In this document: positions 37,430-47,004 of the stretch, piece by piece
How positions within the stretch are numbered: position 1 is the first letter of the stretch
How the letters are laid out: each line of letters begins with the position of its first letter
Assembly (NCBI GenBank): GCA_038729485.1
Contig: JAVYRX010000002.1
Span: forward strand, 60,739 to 124,738
Source: Thermoplasmatales archaeon
Lineage (GTDB): Archaea; Thermoplasmatota; Thermoplasmata; Thermoplasmatales; GCA-001856825
DNA length: 64,000 bases
Reading direction: 5' to 3'
Position numbers and translations under genes: made by a program
The notes under the pieces: model-generated
The model's input: only the letters and a program-made list of their open reading frames with translations
Told to the model about the DNA's origin: nothing
Database searches by the model: none

Positions 37430-38413
37430 ATGATTACTAGACTCGGTCCCGCAGGAAGGGGTACTGCGGTATCATCTGTAAGGGTTGGGTTATCTGACAT
37501 CAGCAAGCTTGAGCATTGGATAGCTCTCGAGCTAAATGCAGAAATGTCCTACATTTCAAGAATGGATAGATTGATGAAAATTCAGGACACATCTCTCCTT
37601 ATGAGGGGTGCCAAGTCCATCCTGATTTTTCTTGTAAAGTATGGACGGGGAAAGGAGCCACCCACCGGTTATGGAAAGATTGCTTCCTATGCCCTATACA
37701 GCGATTATCATGATACAATAAAAGATCAAATAACGAAATTCGTAACTGAAAACGGCCTCTACGTTGACATGTTCAGAGTGTACGTCGATACGGGACCTGT
37801 AGAAGAGCGGGGGATTGGTTCACAGGCAGGACTTGGATGGATTGGAAGAAATTCCATGTTGATCAACAGAGAGCTAGGTTCGTTTACATTTATTGGAACC
37901 GCCGTCACGGACGTCGTGATAGATTCCCAAACATTCCCCCAGGCAGATCTTTGCGGGAGATGCACAAGATGCATAGACAGCTGCCCCACACACGCGATAA
38001 GGAGCGACAGAACCGTTGATTCCAATCTGTGCATTTCCTATCACACTATTGAAAATAGGGGTGTCATACCGAAAGGGGTTGCAGCAAAGATGGACAACAT
38101 GATTTTCGGATGTGACATTTGCAACGATGTGTGTCCTTGGAATTTTTCAAAGGAAGGAGTAAGATCTGATTGGATAGAGGACAGGGATTTCCTCACAGCA
38201 ATGAAACTCGAAGATTTGGCCTACGTAGACAAGGAAAGCTTCAATGATAAATTTAAATCAGCTGCATTGAAAAGAGCCGGTGACGCTGGACTTGCCAGGA
38301 ATGCAACCGTTGCTCTCTTCAACTCAGGAAGGGAAGACATAGTCAGAGATGTCGCAATGAACTTCGACGACGTTAGGGGTTCTCAGGCCCGTGCACTCCT
38401 TGGATCCAAATAG
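37430..38413 (+). CDS. QueG-like (epoxyqueuosine reductase family) 4Fe-4S protein
   Basis: VDTGPVEERGIGSQAGLGWIGRNSMLI...GSFTFIG...CGRCTRCIDSCPTHAI...CISYHTIENRG...FGCDICNDVCPWN matches the QueG/DUF1730 plus double ferredoxin pattern closely. Confidence 0.7.
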   Translation: MITRLGPAGRGTAVSSVRVGLSDISKLEHWIALELNAEMSYISRMDRLMKIQDTSLLMRGAKSILIFLVKYGRGKEPPTGYGKIASYALYSDYHDTIKDQITKFVTENGLYVDMFRVYVDTGPVEERGIGSQAGLGWIGRNSMLINRELGSFTFIGTAVTDVVIDSQTFPQADLCGRCTRCIDSCPTHAIRSDRTVDSNLCISYHTIENRGVIPKGVAAKMDNMIFGCDICNDVCPWNFSKEGVRSDWIEDRDFLTAMKLEDLAYVDKESFNDKFKSAALKRAGDAGLARNATVALFNSGREDIVRDVAMNFDDVRGSQARALLGSK

Positions 38414-38454
38414 CACTACCTACAAGTAGATATAATCAATTAAGTTATGGAACT

Positions 38455-38781
38455 ATGTATAGCAGAAAGGTTATTGTCACAAATATCTCCTCGTATAACG
38501 ATCAGAATTCTAGGACAAGGGGTAGAGAGATTTATCTGGACGAGTATGAAGAAGAAAAAGGAGGAAACGTGCAAACGTTCACGTTCGGCCCTGATTTCAT
38601 AAATGAATTGATGAAGGGCATATCGCAGGGCATGGGGATTCAGACAAAGCCATCCCAGAAAATAGTTCTTAGACTTACGGATGAGGAGTACGAATCTTTG
38701 GGAATAAAATTTGAGGTTAATGATATATATTCCCTCACCTTTGACGATGGAAAAATTGAGTTCAGGAGAGAGGGCATATAG
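38455..38781 (+). CDS. hypothetical protein (108 aa)
   Basis: ATG ORF with no competing gene. No family recognised. Confidence 0.4.
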   Translation: MYSRKVIVTNISSYNDQNSRTRGREIYLDEYEEEKGGNVQTFTFGPDFINELMKGISQGMGIQTKPSQKIVLRLTDEEYESLGIKFEVNDIYSLTFDDGKIEFRREGI

Positions 38782-38849
38782 ATTATGGATTTAGCTTTGT
38801 TATGGCTTAGTACAAAATGTTTTAATATCAAATTTTTCATAATTTGCCA

Positions 38850-39398
38850 ATGAAAGATGAAGACCTGAATAAGCTGGCCACCGCACTTAATCCCGAACGG
38901 CTAGAGAAGGTCCTGGAAAGGGACAGGGAGGAACTGGAGCTCGAGAAGATCACAGATGAGATCCTAGGCAGTGGAAGAAAGCAAGGCAATTCTTCCAAAA
39001 AAGAAAGGAAAGAGATGGCGAAGAAAATATCCAGGAAGTACTACGAGATTGGCAACAAACTGGTTGAAGATGCGCAGTACTCCGAAGCGGTGGATATTTA
39101 TACCAAATCAATAAACATACTCAAAAGGGTCAACAACAGGAAGGCGGTAGATTCATACTTTAATAGAGCTATTACGCTTGCGATGATGGGATATCCCAAG
39201 ATGGCCCTGGATGATCTTAATGTGATTACTAGGACTGGGACTCCGAAGGCAGACATATTCTTTGTAAAGGGACAGATATTCGAAAGCGCCGGAAAATACA
39301 AGCTGGCAGAAAGGATGTACGAAAAGTGCCTGACCATTGACCCGGATTTCCACCGTGCATCCTACAGCCTTGAGAGGCTCAGGGCCTCGAGAAAATGA
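38850..39398 (+). CDS. TPR-repeat protein
   Basis: YYEIGNKLVEDAQYSEAVDIYTKSI...YFNRAITLAMMGYPKMALDDLN...FFVKGQIFESAGKYKLAERMYEKCLTIDPDF are TPR units. The ORF-track start at 38844 is TTG; ATG is at 38850. Confidence 0.6.
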   Translation: MKDEDLNKLATALNPERLEKVLERDREELELEKITDEILGSGRKQGNSSKKERKEMAKKISRKYYEIGNKLVEDAQYSEAVDIYTKSINILKRVNNRKAVDSYFNRAITLAMMGYPKMALDDLNVITRTGTPKADIFFVKGQIFESAGKYKLAERMYEKCLTIDPDFHRASYSLERLRASRK

Positions 39399-39507
39399 TC
39401 TGAGCTCTAACCTAATATGAGAAGAAAATTCATTTTCAAATGGAAAAGAGCTTCCGTATCCTAGGGCGCTTTCTCTGGGATCGATAACGAGACTGCTCAT
39501 TGAAATT

Positions 39508-40710
39508 TCAATAGTTTGCCATTTCATCCACTCTCATTATTTCCCTCATTACGGAGGTAGCATACGCCCCTGGAGGAAGACTGAAAGTCACTCTGCCGTC
39601 GGAACACTCCAAATCCGATACTCGTAGAAATATATTCCTCCTTTCACCGGGGGAACTGAGGCCAAACGGAAGCTTGAAATCCACGGGTGTCACACCCTCT
39701 TCTTGCAAAATCCTCGTTTCAATTTCACCCATCATTCCTGAAGAAAACTCCGAATTGTAACCCAGAACTATACCCGTTGGGGATCCTAACCCAAGATTGA
39801 AAGCTTCCCTGAATTTTCCTATATTTATGCCGTTTACTTTTATCAGTTCCCCCTCAGTCCTGAAAACGTCCCCCACTTCCACGCCCTTCGTCAATTTTAT
39901 CCTTTGGCTTGCCACTTTGTTAAATAAATAACCCTGGTAACCGTGAATGAACATGGAGACGAGGTTCTGAGGGAGCTGCTTTATTGCCCCGATATAGTTG
40001 CCACTGTTCTCCTTGAGAAATTTGAGCAGCTTTATTTCCAGATCAAGAGAGCTTGGAAATTCTGATAGCGCTCTTTCTATGTCCATTGTTTGATAGAAAT
40101 CATTTCTAATTGAGGAAAACCTGTCATCACCGGGAAACCCAACGAAAAGTCTCACTGCCTCCTCGTAATTTCTTCTCACTATCTCCCTTCCGACTAAATG
40201 CGTCACGGGTCTAAGCGGTCCAAATCTTTGCGGTCCATAGAAGTTTGGAACTAAACCTGATCTTTTGATTTCAAGACAATTGTTCTGCAGAATGTTCTTG
40301 TCGCAGTCCCTTACGACAATTGCGAATTTATTGCTCGAATGGGAACCTAGCGTCAGTGGCTCATCAAGATAAAAATGCTCCAAAACTGTGAAATCGTTGA
40401 GATGTATCTCTTTATATCTGACGCCAGGTATTGAGAAGTATTGGATCTTTACGCTTCTTTTATCCTTTGTTCCTGAAAAATATACCCTATTTACAGAAAC
40501 GTGGTATATCCTTGCAAGGAACCTTACCAGCCTATTGTGTTCCCAATTCTTTACCTGAACCTTTAGTACCAGGACCTTCCCTTCCGGTTTCTTTTCTATT
40601 GCACCGAAAACCTCCTCCACCATGAAGTCCTCCGGTGATGCCCTCAGCTTTCCGCCAGATGGGTTCAGCTCATGATAAAAGCCCGCAATGCCGATCGTAG
40701 AAAATTCCAT
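39508..40710 (-). CDS. truD: tRNA pseudouridine synthase D (TruD/Pus7 family)
   Basis: PEDFMVEEV near the N-terminus, FSGTKDKRSVKIQYFS (the GxKD catalytic Asp motif) and NFYGPQRFG. Confidence 0.85.
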   Translation of the reverse strand: MEFSTIGIAGFYHELNPSGGKLRASPEDFMVEEVFGAIEKKPEGKVLVLKVQVKNWEHNRLVRFLARIYHVSVNRVYFSGTKDKRSVKIQYFSIPGVRYKEIHLNDFTVLEHFYLDEPLTLGSHSSNKFAIVVRDCDKNILQNNCLEIKRSGLVPNFYGPQRFGPLRPVTHLVGREIVRRNYEEAVRLFVGFPGDDRFSSIRNDFYQTMDIERALSEFPSSLDLEIKLLKFLKENSGNYIGAIKQLPQNLVSMFIHGYQGYLFNKVASQRIKLTKGVEVGDVFRTEGELIKVNGINIGKFREAFNLGLGSPTGIVLGYNSEFSSGMMGEIETRILQEEGVTPVDFKLPFGLSSPGERRNIFLRVSDLECSDGRVTFSLPPGAYATSVMREIMRVDEMANY

Positions 40711-40759
40711 CTCTCCTGTTAACGCTATATTAATTAACTAATTTATTCTACCCTATCAA

Positions 40760-41539
40760 ATGTGGGATGGCCTTAAAGGTAATAGAAGAAGGAATGGTAT
40801 CTACGGTACTCTAATTGGTATCGTGGTAGGTTCAATCCTTTTATATCTATCATTCTATATCTCTTTCCTTTATCTTCTCATACCAGTAATTATACTTGTT
40901 ATATTCCATTATACAAAACTATGGAGATTCTCGGACAGAACATTCTATGGATTTATCACAATAGTGGTTGCGTTTTTCATCGCAATCGCCGGCATCTCCA
41001 CCTCGATAACAGGGGCTCCGCACGAATCAACTCTCGTTGTTTCCCAATCCACCACAAATTACGACGTACATTTTTCGTATCAAAATGTGAACGGGAACTA
41101 TATTTTCAATTTCACTCTCCCATTGAAGAATGTTACAAACAGCTCTTCGGTTGCACTTTTAGATCTGTTTACCAATAAGACGATTCTCACAAATAACGCT
41201 ACCTTGTCTACCAATGAGAGTTCCCATTATTACTCCTGGAACGTTGGTCAGCTATCGCCAAGAGCCTACGTCGTCGTAATCAAATTCAACGTGCTTCAGA
41301 ACAACACATCGCTGGGAAAACAGGCTGAATTTCTTGGCCCAGTACTTGTTTCTTCCGCAGCAGTAATACTGTTTCTCTCTGAAAGCCTCATTTTGACGTA
41401 CCTCCTAGTAACGTTCCTATTCTTTCTTGCCTTCGCATTTTTTGCCAGAGCGATCACCACGTCCAGGCAGAGAAAAGAAATGGCAGGAGGAAGAAGACCT
41501 CCTTCCAGCGAGATAGAGGAAATCCAGAAAAAAAATTAG
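40760..41539 (+). CDS. membrane protein with sequon-rich (N-x-S/T) extracytoplasmic domain
   Basis: Three N-terminal TM segments and one C-terminal TM flank a ~110-aa segment. That segment carries 8 N-x-S/T sequons (NFT, NVT, NSS, NKT, NAT, NES, NNT, NTS). Confidence 0.5.
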   Translation: MWDGLKGNRRRNGIYGTLIGIVVGSILLYLSFYISFLYLLIPVIILVIFHYTKLWRFSDRTFYGFITIVVAFFIAIAGISTSITGAPHESTLVVSQSTTNYDVHFSYQNVNGNYIFNFTLPLKNVTNSSSVALLDLFTNKTILTNNATLSTNESSHYYSWNVGQLSPRAYVVVIKFNVLQNNTSLGKQAEFLGPVLVSSAAVILFLSESLILTYLLVTFLFFLAFAFFARAITTSRQRKEMAGGRRPPSSEIEEIQKKN

Positions 41540-41988
41540 GCCAAAAGTCCGAGCTCCGTGACCTTGCTTAGAACTTCCTTAGCATGATTTTTTGGACTGA
41601 CCTTTGGGAACTTGAATGCCACTTTACCGTCCTTTCCGATAATGAATGTGACCCTTTTGGCAGATGTTTCCCCGAGAACTCCGTATTTGCTTGCTATCTC
41701 CTTCGAATGGTCCGGAACGAGAAGAAAAGGAAGAGCATATTTTTCTGCAAACCTCTTGTGTGAATTCTCAGAATCCACGCTAATGCCGAAAACTTCGATC
41801 CCCTTGGACTTGAAATCTGGATAGCTGTCTCTAAATTCGCAGGCCTCTGTAGTGCATCCCGGAGTAAAATCCTTGGGGTAAAAGTAAATGACCACTACCT
41901 TCCCCCTGTAGTCCGAAAGTTTTTTCCTTCCATTAAACCCCGGAACATCGAAATCTGGAGCTGCATCCCCTTCCCTTATTTCTGTCAT
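41536..41988 (-). CDS. bcp: thiol peroxidase / peroxiredoxin Bcp
   Basis: VVIYFYPKDFTPGCTTEACEFRD (peroxidatic Cys motif), 150 aa. Confidence 0.88.
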   Translation of the reverse strand: MTEIREGDAAPDFDVPGFNGRKKLSDYRGKVVVIYFYPKDFTPGCTTEACEFRDSYPDFKSKGIEVFGISVDSENSHKRFAEKYALPFLLVPDHSKEIASKYGVLGETSAKRVTFIIGKDGKVAFKFPKVSPKNHAKEVLSKVTELGLLA

Positions 41989-42330
41989 ATTTATTTAATT
42001 GCGCTAAACTTAAAAACTTTTCTTAGCATTTCACAACTCCAGCCTCTATGAGACATCCATATTTAAAAATTGAAGACCGACGATGCCTTCCCATTATTGT
42101 GATTAGTGCACGTTTCTGACGATGATTCAAGCACAAACGTTTCCAGACTAATGCTAGAAACATGCTTAAAAAATCCTTTTTTGAGTGTTTCAAGTGATTT
42201 TCATAGAAGGACCGTCCTTCCCTTCCTTGAAGATCACAACGTAAAGTAGTTTTGATGCGTATCGGAGCGAAGGCTTTTTTACCTCCCCCGCTGAGACCCT
42301 ACATGAAAGGCCCTGCCGGGAACGGCCTGC

Positions 42331-44295
42331 CTACTTTATTCCACCATCAACCGGTATCATCGTTCCAGTTGTTGCTCCGAAGATTGAATCCTTGATAAGC
42401 TCAATGGCAATATTGGCAACGTGTTCAGGAAGCACCTCTACTCTAAGCAGGTTGCCCCTCTTGTAATCTTCGACTGACATCCCTTTCGCCTTCGCCCTAT
42501 TTTCCAATACGCCGTCTTCCCATATCTTTGATTCTCTGAAAACCTTGTCTGGATTCAATACGTTGCTTCTTATGCCGTATTTCCCGCCTTCTAGTGCAAC
42601 GTACCTTGACAGCTGAGCTACGAAGGCTTTGGAAGAACCGTACGCCATCATGCCCTCGCCAGGGTTCGTTACGTTCTTTGTGGCGTTGAATATGAAAACG
42701 CCGCCCACTCCCTGTACTTTCATTATTTTAAATGCTTCCCTCGTGATCAAAAACGTTCCTATGGAGTTGATTTCCACATGCTTTCTAAGACTTTCCAGAG
42801 AAGTTTCGTCTATTGGCGAGGGTTTGAGATAACCTGCATTGTTGAATATGACGTCAACGCCTCCGTATTTTTTTACTATTTCTGCAAACGCATTTTTGAC
42901 TTCTCCCTCTCTGGATATGTCAAAAACAAGAGGCAGGCTTTCGCCATCAACGTTCCTTGAGACCTCTACTATATCCTTATCAATGTCACAGCCCACGGCA
43001 ACCATCCCCTCTTCCGCGAATCTTCTCAAGGAAACTTTGCCGATACCTGAAGCGGCGCCCGTCACCACAGCGACATATCCATCTAAAGGCTTCCTTGGAT
43101 GCTTTTTAAGTTTGGCTTCCTGTGGGGGCCAGTACTCCATCTCAAACGATTCCCTCTCTGATACAAATCTGTTCCTCCCAATCGCAGAAGCTGCGGATGC
43201 TACCCTGAAGGAATGCATCGCGAAATCCATGGTTATCTTCGATTCCCTCGGGGTTTCAGCCGCCGTAACTACCCCGTAGCCTCTAATGACTATGACGTTA
43301 GGGCTTGGGTCGTGCATCCTGTACCTCCTTCCTACGTTTTTATCAAAGTCTTTCGTATATTTCTCCATATATTCCTCAATGCGCTCCTTAGCTTCGTCAA
43401 TTGAAGCCAAGTAAAGATAATCCTTCTTCGTTCTTACGAGCATATCAGGCGTTGCTGGACCTAGTGATTGCAATGCATTGGCTAGATCCGTCAGAGAATA
43501 TCCGACGGCCTCTGGCTCATTGTTCCATGTAAGTATCTTCTTGTTTTGTTTTGATAAGATGCCTCTAAGATACGGAAGAAATTCGATGAACTTCCCTAAT
43601 TCTCTTTCATCGGCTTCGGCTGGCTTTATACCACTCCACCTAGACCTTACCGCAGATTCTGCCTTCCTTACCAAGTTTACGTGTTTTCTGTAGCTTTCCT
43701 CAGCACTGTCACCCCAAGTTACAAGACCATGATTCCTCAATATGACGCCGTCATATTCACTGAAATCATGCCCTCCGATGGTCTCTATAAGCGCCTCGGC
43801 AAGCTGGAATCCAGGATGACGGTATGGCAGAACTATGATGCGACCTCCGAATATATCTTTAATTTGATCATCCGTTAGGTCTGTATTGGTAACTGCTACT
43901 ACGTAGTCAGCGTGGGAATGATCTACGTACCTGTAGGGAATGAAAGCGTGCAAGAATGTTTCAACTGACGGGGCAGATTGGTTTGGATCCAGCATATTCG
44001 TTTGGAAGAACATTGTCATGTCATCGTCGTTCACTTCCTTGAGATCCTTTGCTTCAAGCAAGCCTTCCAGATCAAGAGCTGTGAAACCATCAGCCTCAAT
44101 TATGGAGAGGTCTGAACCTGAACCTTTAACAAACAGTGCAGTTACCTCCTTGCCCGTAACTGTAATTACCTTGGATTTCAGGCTCGTATTGCCTCCTCCA
44201 TGAAGTACGAATTCTGCATTACCTCCAAGAAGCTGAGATGTTCTTATTCTCTCGTCAAGAAGTGATTTCGTCTCACTTGTTAGTGTGTACAACAT
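42331..44295 (-). CDS. bifunctional class II aldolase/adducin-domain - short-chain dehydrogenase fusion (rhamnulose-1-phosphate aldolase/alcohol dehydrogenase-like)
   Basis: The N-terminal half has VLHGGGNTSLK and HADYV (aldolase II-like). The C-terminal half has VAVVTGAASGIGK, NNAG and YGSSKA (SDR Rossmann fold plus catalytic YxxxK). Confidence 0.75.
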   Translation of the reverse strand: MLYTLTSETKSLLDERIRTSQLLGGNAEFVLHGGGNTSLKSKVITVTGKEVTALFVKGSGSDLSIIEADGFTALDLEGLLEAKDLKEVNDDDMTMFFQTNMLDPNQSAPSVETFLHAFIPYRYVDHSHADYVVAVTNTDLTDDQIKDIFGGRIIVLPYRHPGFQLAEALIETIGGHDFSEYDGVILRNHGLVTWGDSAEESYRKHVNLVRKAESAVRSRWSGIKPAEADERELGKFIEFLPYLRGILSKQNKKILTWNNEPEAVGYSLTDLANALQSLGPATPDMLVRTKKDYLYLASIDEAKERIEEYMEKYTKDFDKNVGRRYRMHDPSPNVIVIRGYGVVTAAETPRESKITMDFAMHSFRVASAASAIGRNRFVSERESFEMEYWPPQEAKLKKHPRKPLDGYVAVVTGAASGIGKVSLRRFAEEGMVAVGCDIDKDIVEVSRNVDGESLPLVFDISREGEVKNAFAEIVKKYGGVDVIFNNAGYLKPSPIDETSLESLRKHVEINSIGTFLITREAFKIMKVQGVGGVFIFNATKNVTNPGEGMMAYGSSKAFVAQLSRYVALEGGKYGIRSNVLNPDKVFRESKIWEDGVLENRAKAKGMSVEDYKRGNLLRVEVLPEHVANIAIELIKDSIFGATTGTMIPVDGGIK

Positions 44296-44366
44296 TGCAT
44301 GTGAATGCCAGGTAATAGAAGAGATTTATCTATTATGGGACAAAAGAATTTATTGAGACCGTCTAT

Positions 44367-45941
44367 ATGGATGTAATGGACGAATTCTCAAATAGAAACA
44401 AGGACGTTTTCCTCATCAATTGTGAAAGAATGATAGACAGGGGAGCATTAATGTCAAGGTACAGCAGAGCCAAGGAACTAGATATCAGGAACCTGTGGGA
44501 CAAGGAGTTTAAAGGTGACTTGATGAGGGGTGAGAGTTTTTATGAGAGAGTTTTCTTGGAATATGGCGATGAGTCTGTAGCCGAACTAGTTACTGCCCAG
44601 GTTGGGATACAGAATATTAGCAATGTTCTTTCGAAGATTATAGAAGAGGGAAGGATAGGCCTTTCATACCTTGAAAAAAGTTCAAGATACGTATCCTACA
44701 AAGAAAAAAGAAACGGGAGGTACCTGTATCTTGATGCGGAATCTGCGGGGATTCCTCAGAAGTACAAAGCTGCATACGAACAGTTGTCAGATTTGCTATT
44801 CGATCTTTACGCTGAGTCCCTTGACGAAGTAACAGGATATCTCAAAGAAGAGTTTCCAATAGACAAGACAGTTTTCCGGCTTGCCGATGGTTCAGAGGCC
44901 TCTTATAATCCTTCGGATGGTTCTAGTTCCGCGATGAGAAGGGCATATGAATCTTCTATTAAGAGCAGAGCGCTTGATGAAGCAAGATTCATTCTTCCCT
45001 CTTCAACCCTAACAAACCTCGGGATCAGCGGAAATGCCAGGGGCTTCGCCAGAATGCTTGAGAGGCTTAAAATAAGCAGACTTAAGGAAGCTGAAAGTGC
45101 ATACGAAAGCCTGATCAACGAATTAAGATCCGTCTTCCCGAGACTCATCGATAGCGTTGAATCCCCCTACGGGAAGGAGAACATAAGCTATCAGATCGCT
45201 TTAAAAGACCTAATTCCAATAAACCTAAACGCCCAAAGAAGATCAAACGACCGGGTGAAGCTGATCTCCTGTGAGGAAGAGACAAGTGCGATTAATAAGG
45301 TCTTGTCAGCCTTCTACTTCGAAAGGGTAGGTGGAACTTTTCCCGATATAATGGATGGCGTTGCATCCATGGGAGTGGAACAGAAGGTGACCGTTCTGGA
45401 GAGGATAATATCCTTGAGGAAGAACAGAAGACAAAAACTTGACAGAAGTTTCGAACACACTTCCTATACATTTCACATAATTACAAATTTTGGCGCATTT
45501 CGTGACCTGCAGAGACACAGGATAATGAGTCTTCAAAGGAAGGGCATCTCAGCTGAGTATGGATTTGATATTCCTCCGATAATCTCAAGGATGAAAGAGC
45601 TCCGTGAAAAATACGTCAATGTTATGAAACAGGCAGAGAGCCTATATAGGGAACTCAAGAAGGAAGCTGGAATGGCTTCGCAATATGTGGTACCGTTTGC
45701 CTACAGATATCCAATTGTCGTCACCGCAAACTTGAGAGAGCTAGTTTATCTGACTGAACTGAGAACTACCCCTCAGGCACATTTTGACCTAAGGAATCTG
45801 TCAAGGGAGGTCGTTGAGCAGGTAAGGAAAGTCCACCCGTCGCTCAGCCACGTATTTAAATTTGTGAACACGGAGGATCAGGAACTGGGAAGACTTTCTG
45901 CAGAGCTTAGGAAAGAGATAAAAAAGGATTCAACAAAATAA
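44367..45941 (+). CDS. ThyX/Thy1-like protein, tandem two-domain form
   Basis: The C-terminal half has FEHTSYTFHIITNFGAFRDLQRHRIMSLQ, the ThyX core with the RHR motif. The N-terminal half has a parallel segment, ESVAELVTAQVGIQNISNVLSKIIEEGRIGLSYLEKSSRYV. It keeps S...S-x-RY but lacks RHR. See finding. Confidence 0.45.
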   Translation: MDVMDEFSNRNKDVFLINCERMIDRGALMSRYSRAKELDIRNLWDKEFKGDLMRGESFYERVFLEYGDESVAELVTAQVGIQNISNVLSKIIEEGRIGLSYLEKSSRYVSYKEKRNGRYLYLDAESAGIPQKYKAAYEQLSDLLFDLYAESLDEVTGYLKEEFPIDKTVFRLADGSEASYNPSDGSSSAMRRAYESSIKSRALDEARFILPSSTLTNLGISGNARGFARMLERLKISRLKEAESAYESLINELRSVFPRLIDSVESPYGKENISYQIALKDLIPINLNAQRRSNDRVKLISCEEETSAINKVLSAFYFERVGGTFPDIMDGVASMGVEQKVTVLERIISLRKNRRQKLDRSFEHTSYTFHIITNFGAFRDLQRHRIMSLQRKGISAEYGFDIPPIISRMKELREKYVNVMKQAESLYRELKKEAGMASQYVVPFAYRYPIVVTANLRELVYLTELRTTPQAHFDLRNLSREVVEQVRKVHPSLSHVFKFVNTEDQELGRLSAELRKEIKKDSTK

Positions 45942-45947
45942 CTGCAA

Positions 45948-46763
45948 TTATCGTGAAGCCGCCTTTATTTGGGCTGCGTCCTTATTCTCCTTAAGAACGT
46001 CAAGCGCCTCCTTAACGGTTGCGCCTTCGTGAACAATAGCCCTTATTGCCTTTATCATTGCTACCGGATAATCGCTTTGCCATATGTTTCTTCCCATGTC
46101 AACGCCTATGGCCCCCTCCTGGATAGCATTGTAAACCAAGTTAAGTACGTCTTCGTCAGAATTTAGTTTAGGTCCTCCCGCAACAACAACCGGAACCGGC
46201 GTCCCCTCAGCAACTTTGTGGAAATTCTCGCAATAATAAGTTTTCACTATGTGTGCTCCTATTTCGGCTGATAGTCTTGAAGCGAGAGAAAGATACCTTG
46301 CGTCTCTCTTTTCAAGCTCCTTTCCAACTGCCGTTATGGCCATTACGGGCATACCATATTCTTCCCCTTCGTCGACAAGCTTTGAAAGGTTAACGAGCGA
46401 TTGTTTTTCGTGAGCCGTTCCAACAAATACAGAAAGCGCAACGGCAGACACGTTAAGCCTAACTGCGTCCTTCATTGACGTTGTAATCTCCTCGTCGCTG
46501 AGATCGTCCTTGAGTATGCTTGCACCGCCTGACACTCTGAGCAAAATGGGAACGTCCCATTTTGGGTCCACTGAAGTTCTTAAAACGCCCCTTGTGACTG
46601 CAATCGTGTCCGCATAAGGAACAAGTGGCTCTATCGTTTTCCTTGGAACTTCTAATTTCCTGGTTGGCCCCATAAAGTATCCATGATCACAGGCAAGCAT
46701 CACAGTCCTCCCAGTAGAAGGATCTATCATCCTAGAGAGCCTATTATTTAATCCCCAATCCAT
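45948..46763 (-). CDS. DhnA-type class I aldolase (fructose-bisphosphate aldolase / ADH synthase family)
   Basis: MLACDHGYFMGP, LRVSGG, VKTYY (Schiff-base Lys region), VVVAGGPK and GVDMGRNIWQ match the DeoC/FbaB family. Confidence 0.7.
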   Translation of the reverse strand: MDWGLNNRLSRMIDPSTGRTVMLACDHGYFMGPTRKLEVPRKTIEPLVPYADTIAVTRGVLRTSVDPKWDVPILLRVSGGASILKDDLSDEEITTSMKDAVRLNVSAVALSVFVGTAHEKQSLVNLSKLVDEGEEYGMPVMAITAVGKELEKRDARYLSLASRLSAEIGAHIVKTYYCENFHKVAEGTPVPVVVAGGPKLNSDEDVLNLVYNAIQEGAIGVDMGRNIWQSDYPVAMIKAIRAIVHEGATVKEALDVLKENKDAAQIKAASR

Positions 46764-47004
46764 CTTTTCCCTTCCTTGACATCGGTTGATGGCTTCTTGG
46801 GCTAATAATTTTTTTGTTGAACATTTAGTTACACCTCTTGCAACCTTTTTTGAAACTCAATGTAGCTAAGTAAGTTTCATGTGAATCGCCTGCAAAACAA
46901 CACTTGTCTATCCTCGGCCTTTTTCCTTCTTCTTATTTTGAGAGAAATGGTGCATTCACGAGAAATATGCAAATATTTTTATAAATGGGACGATTTGGAA
47001 CAAT

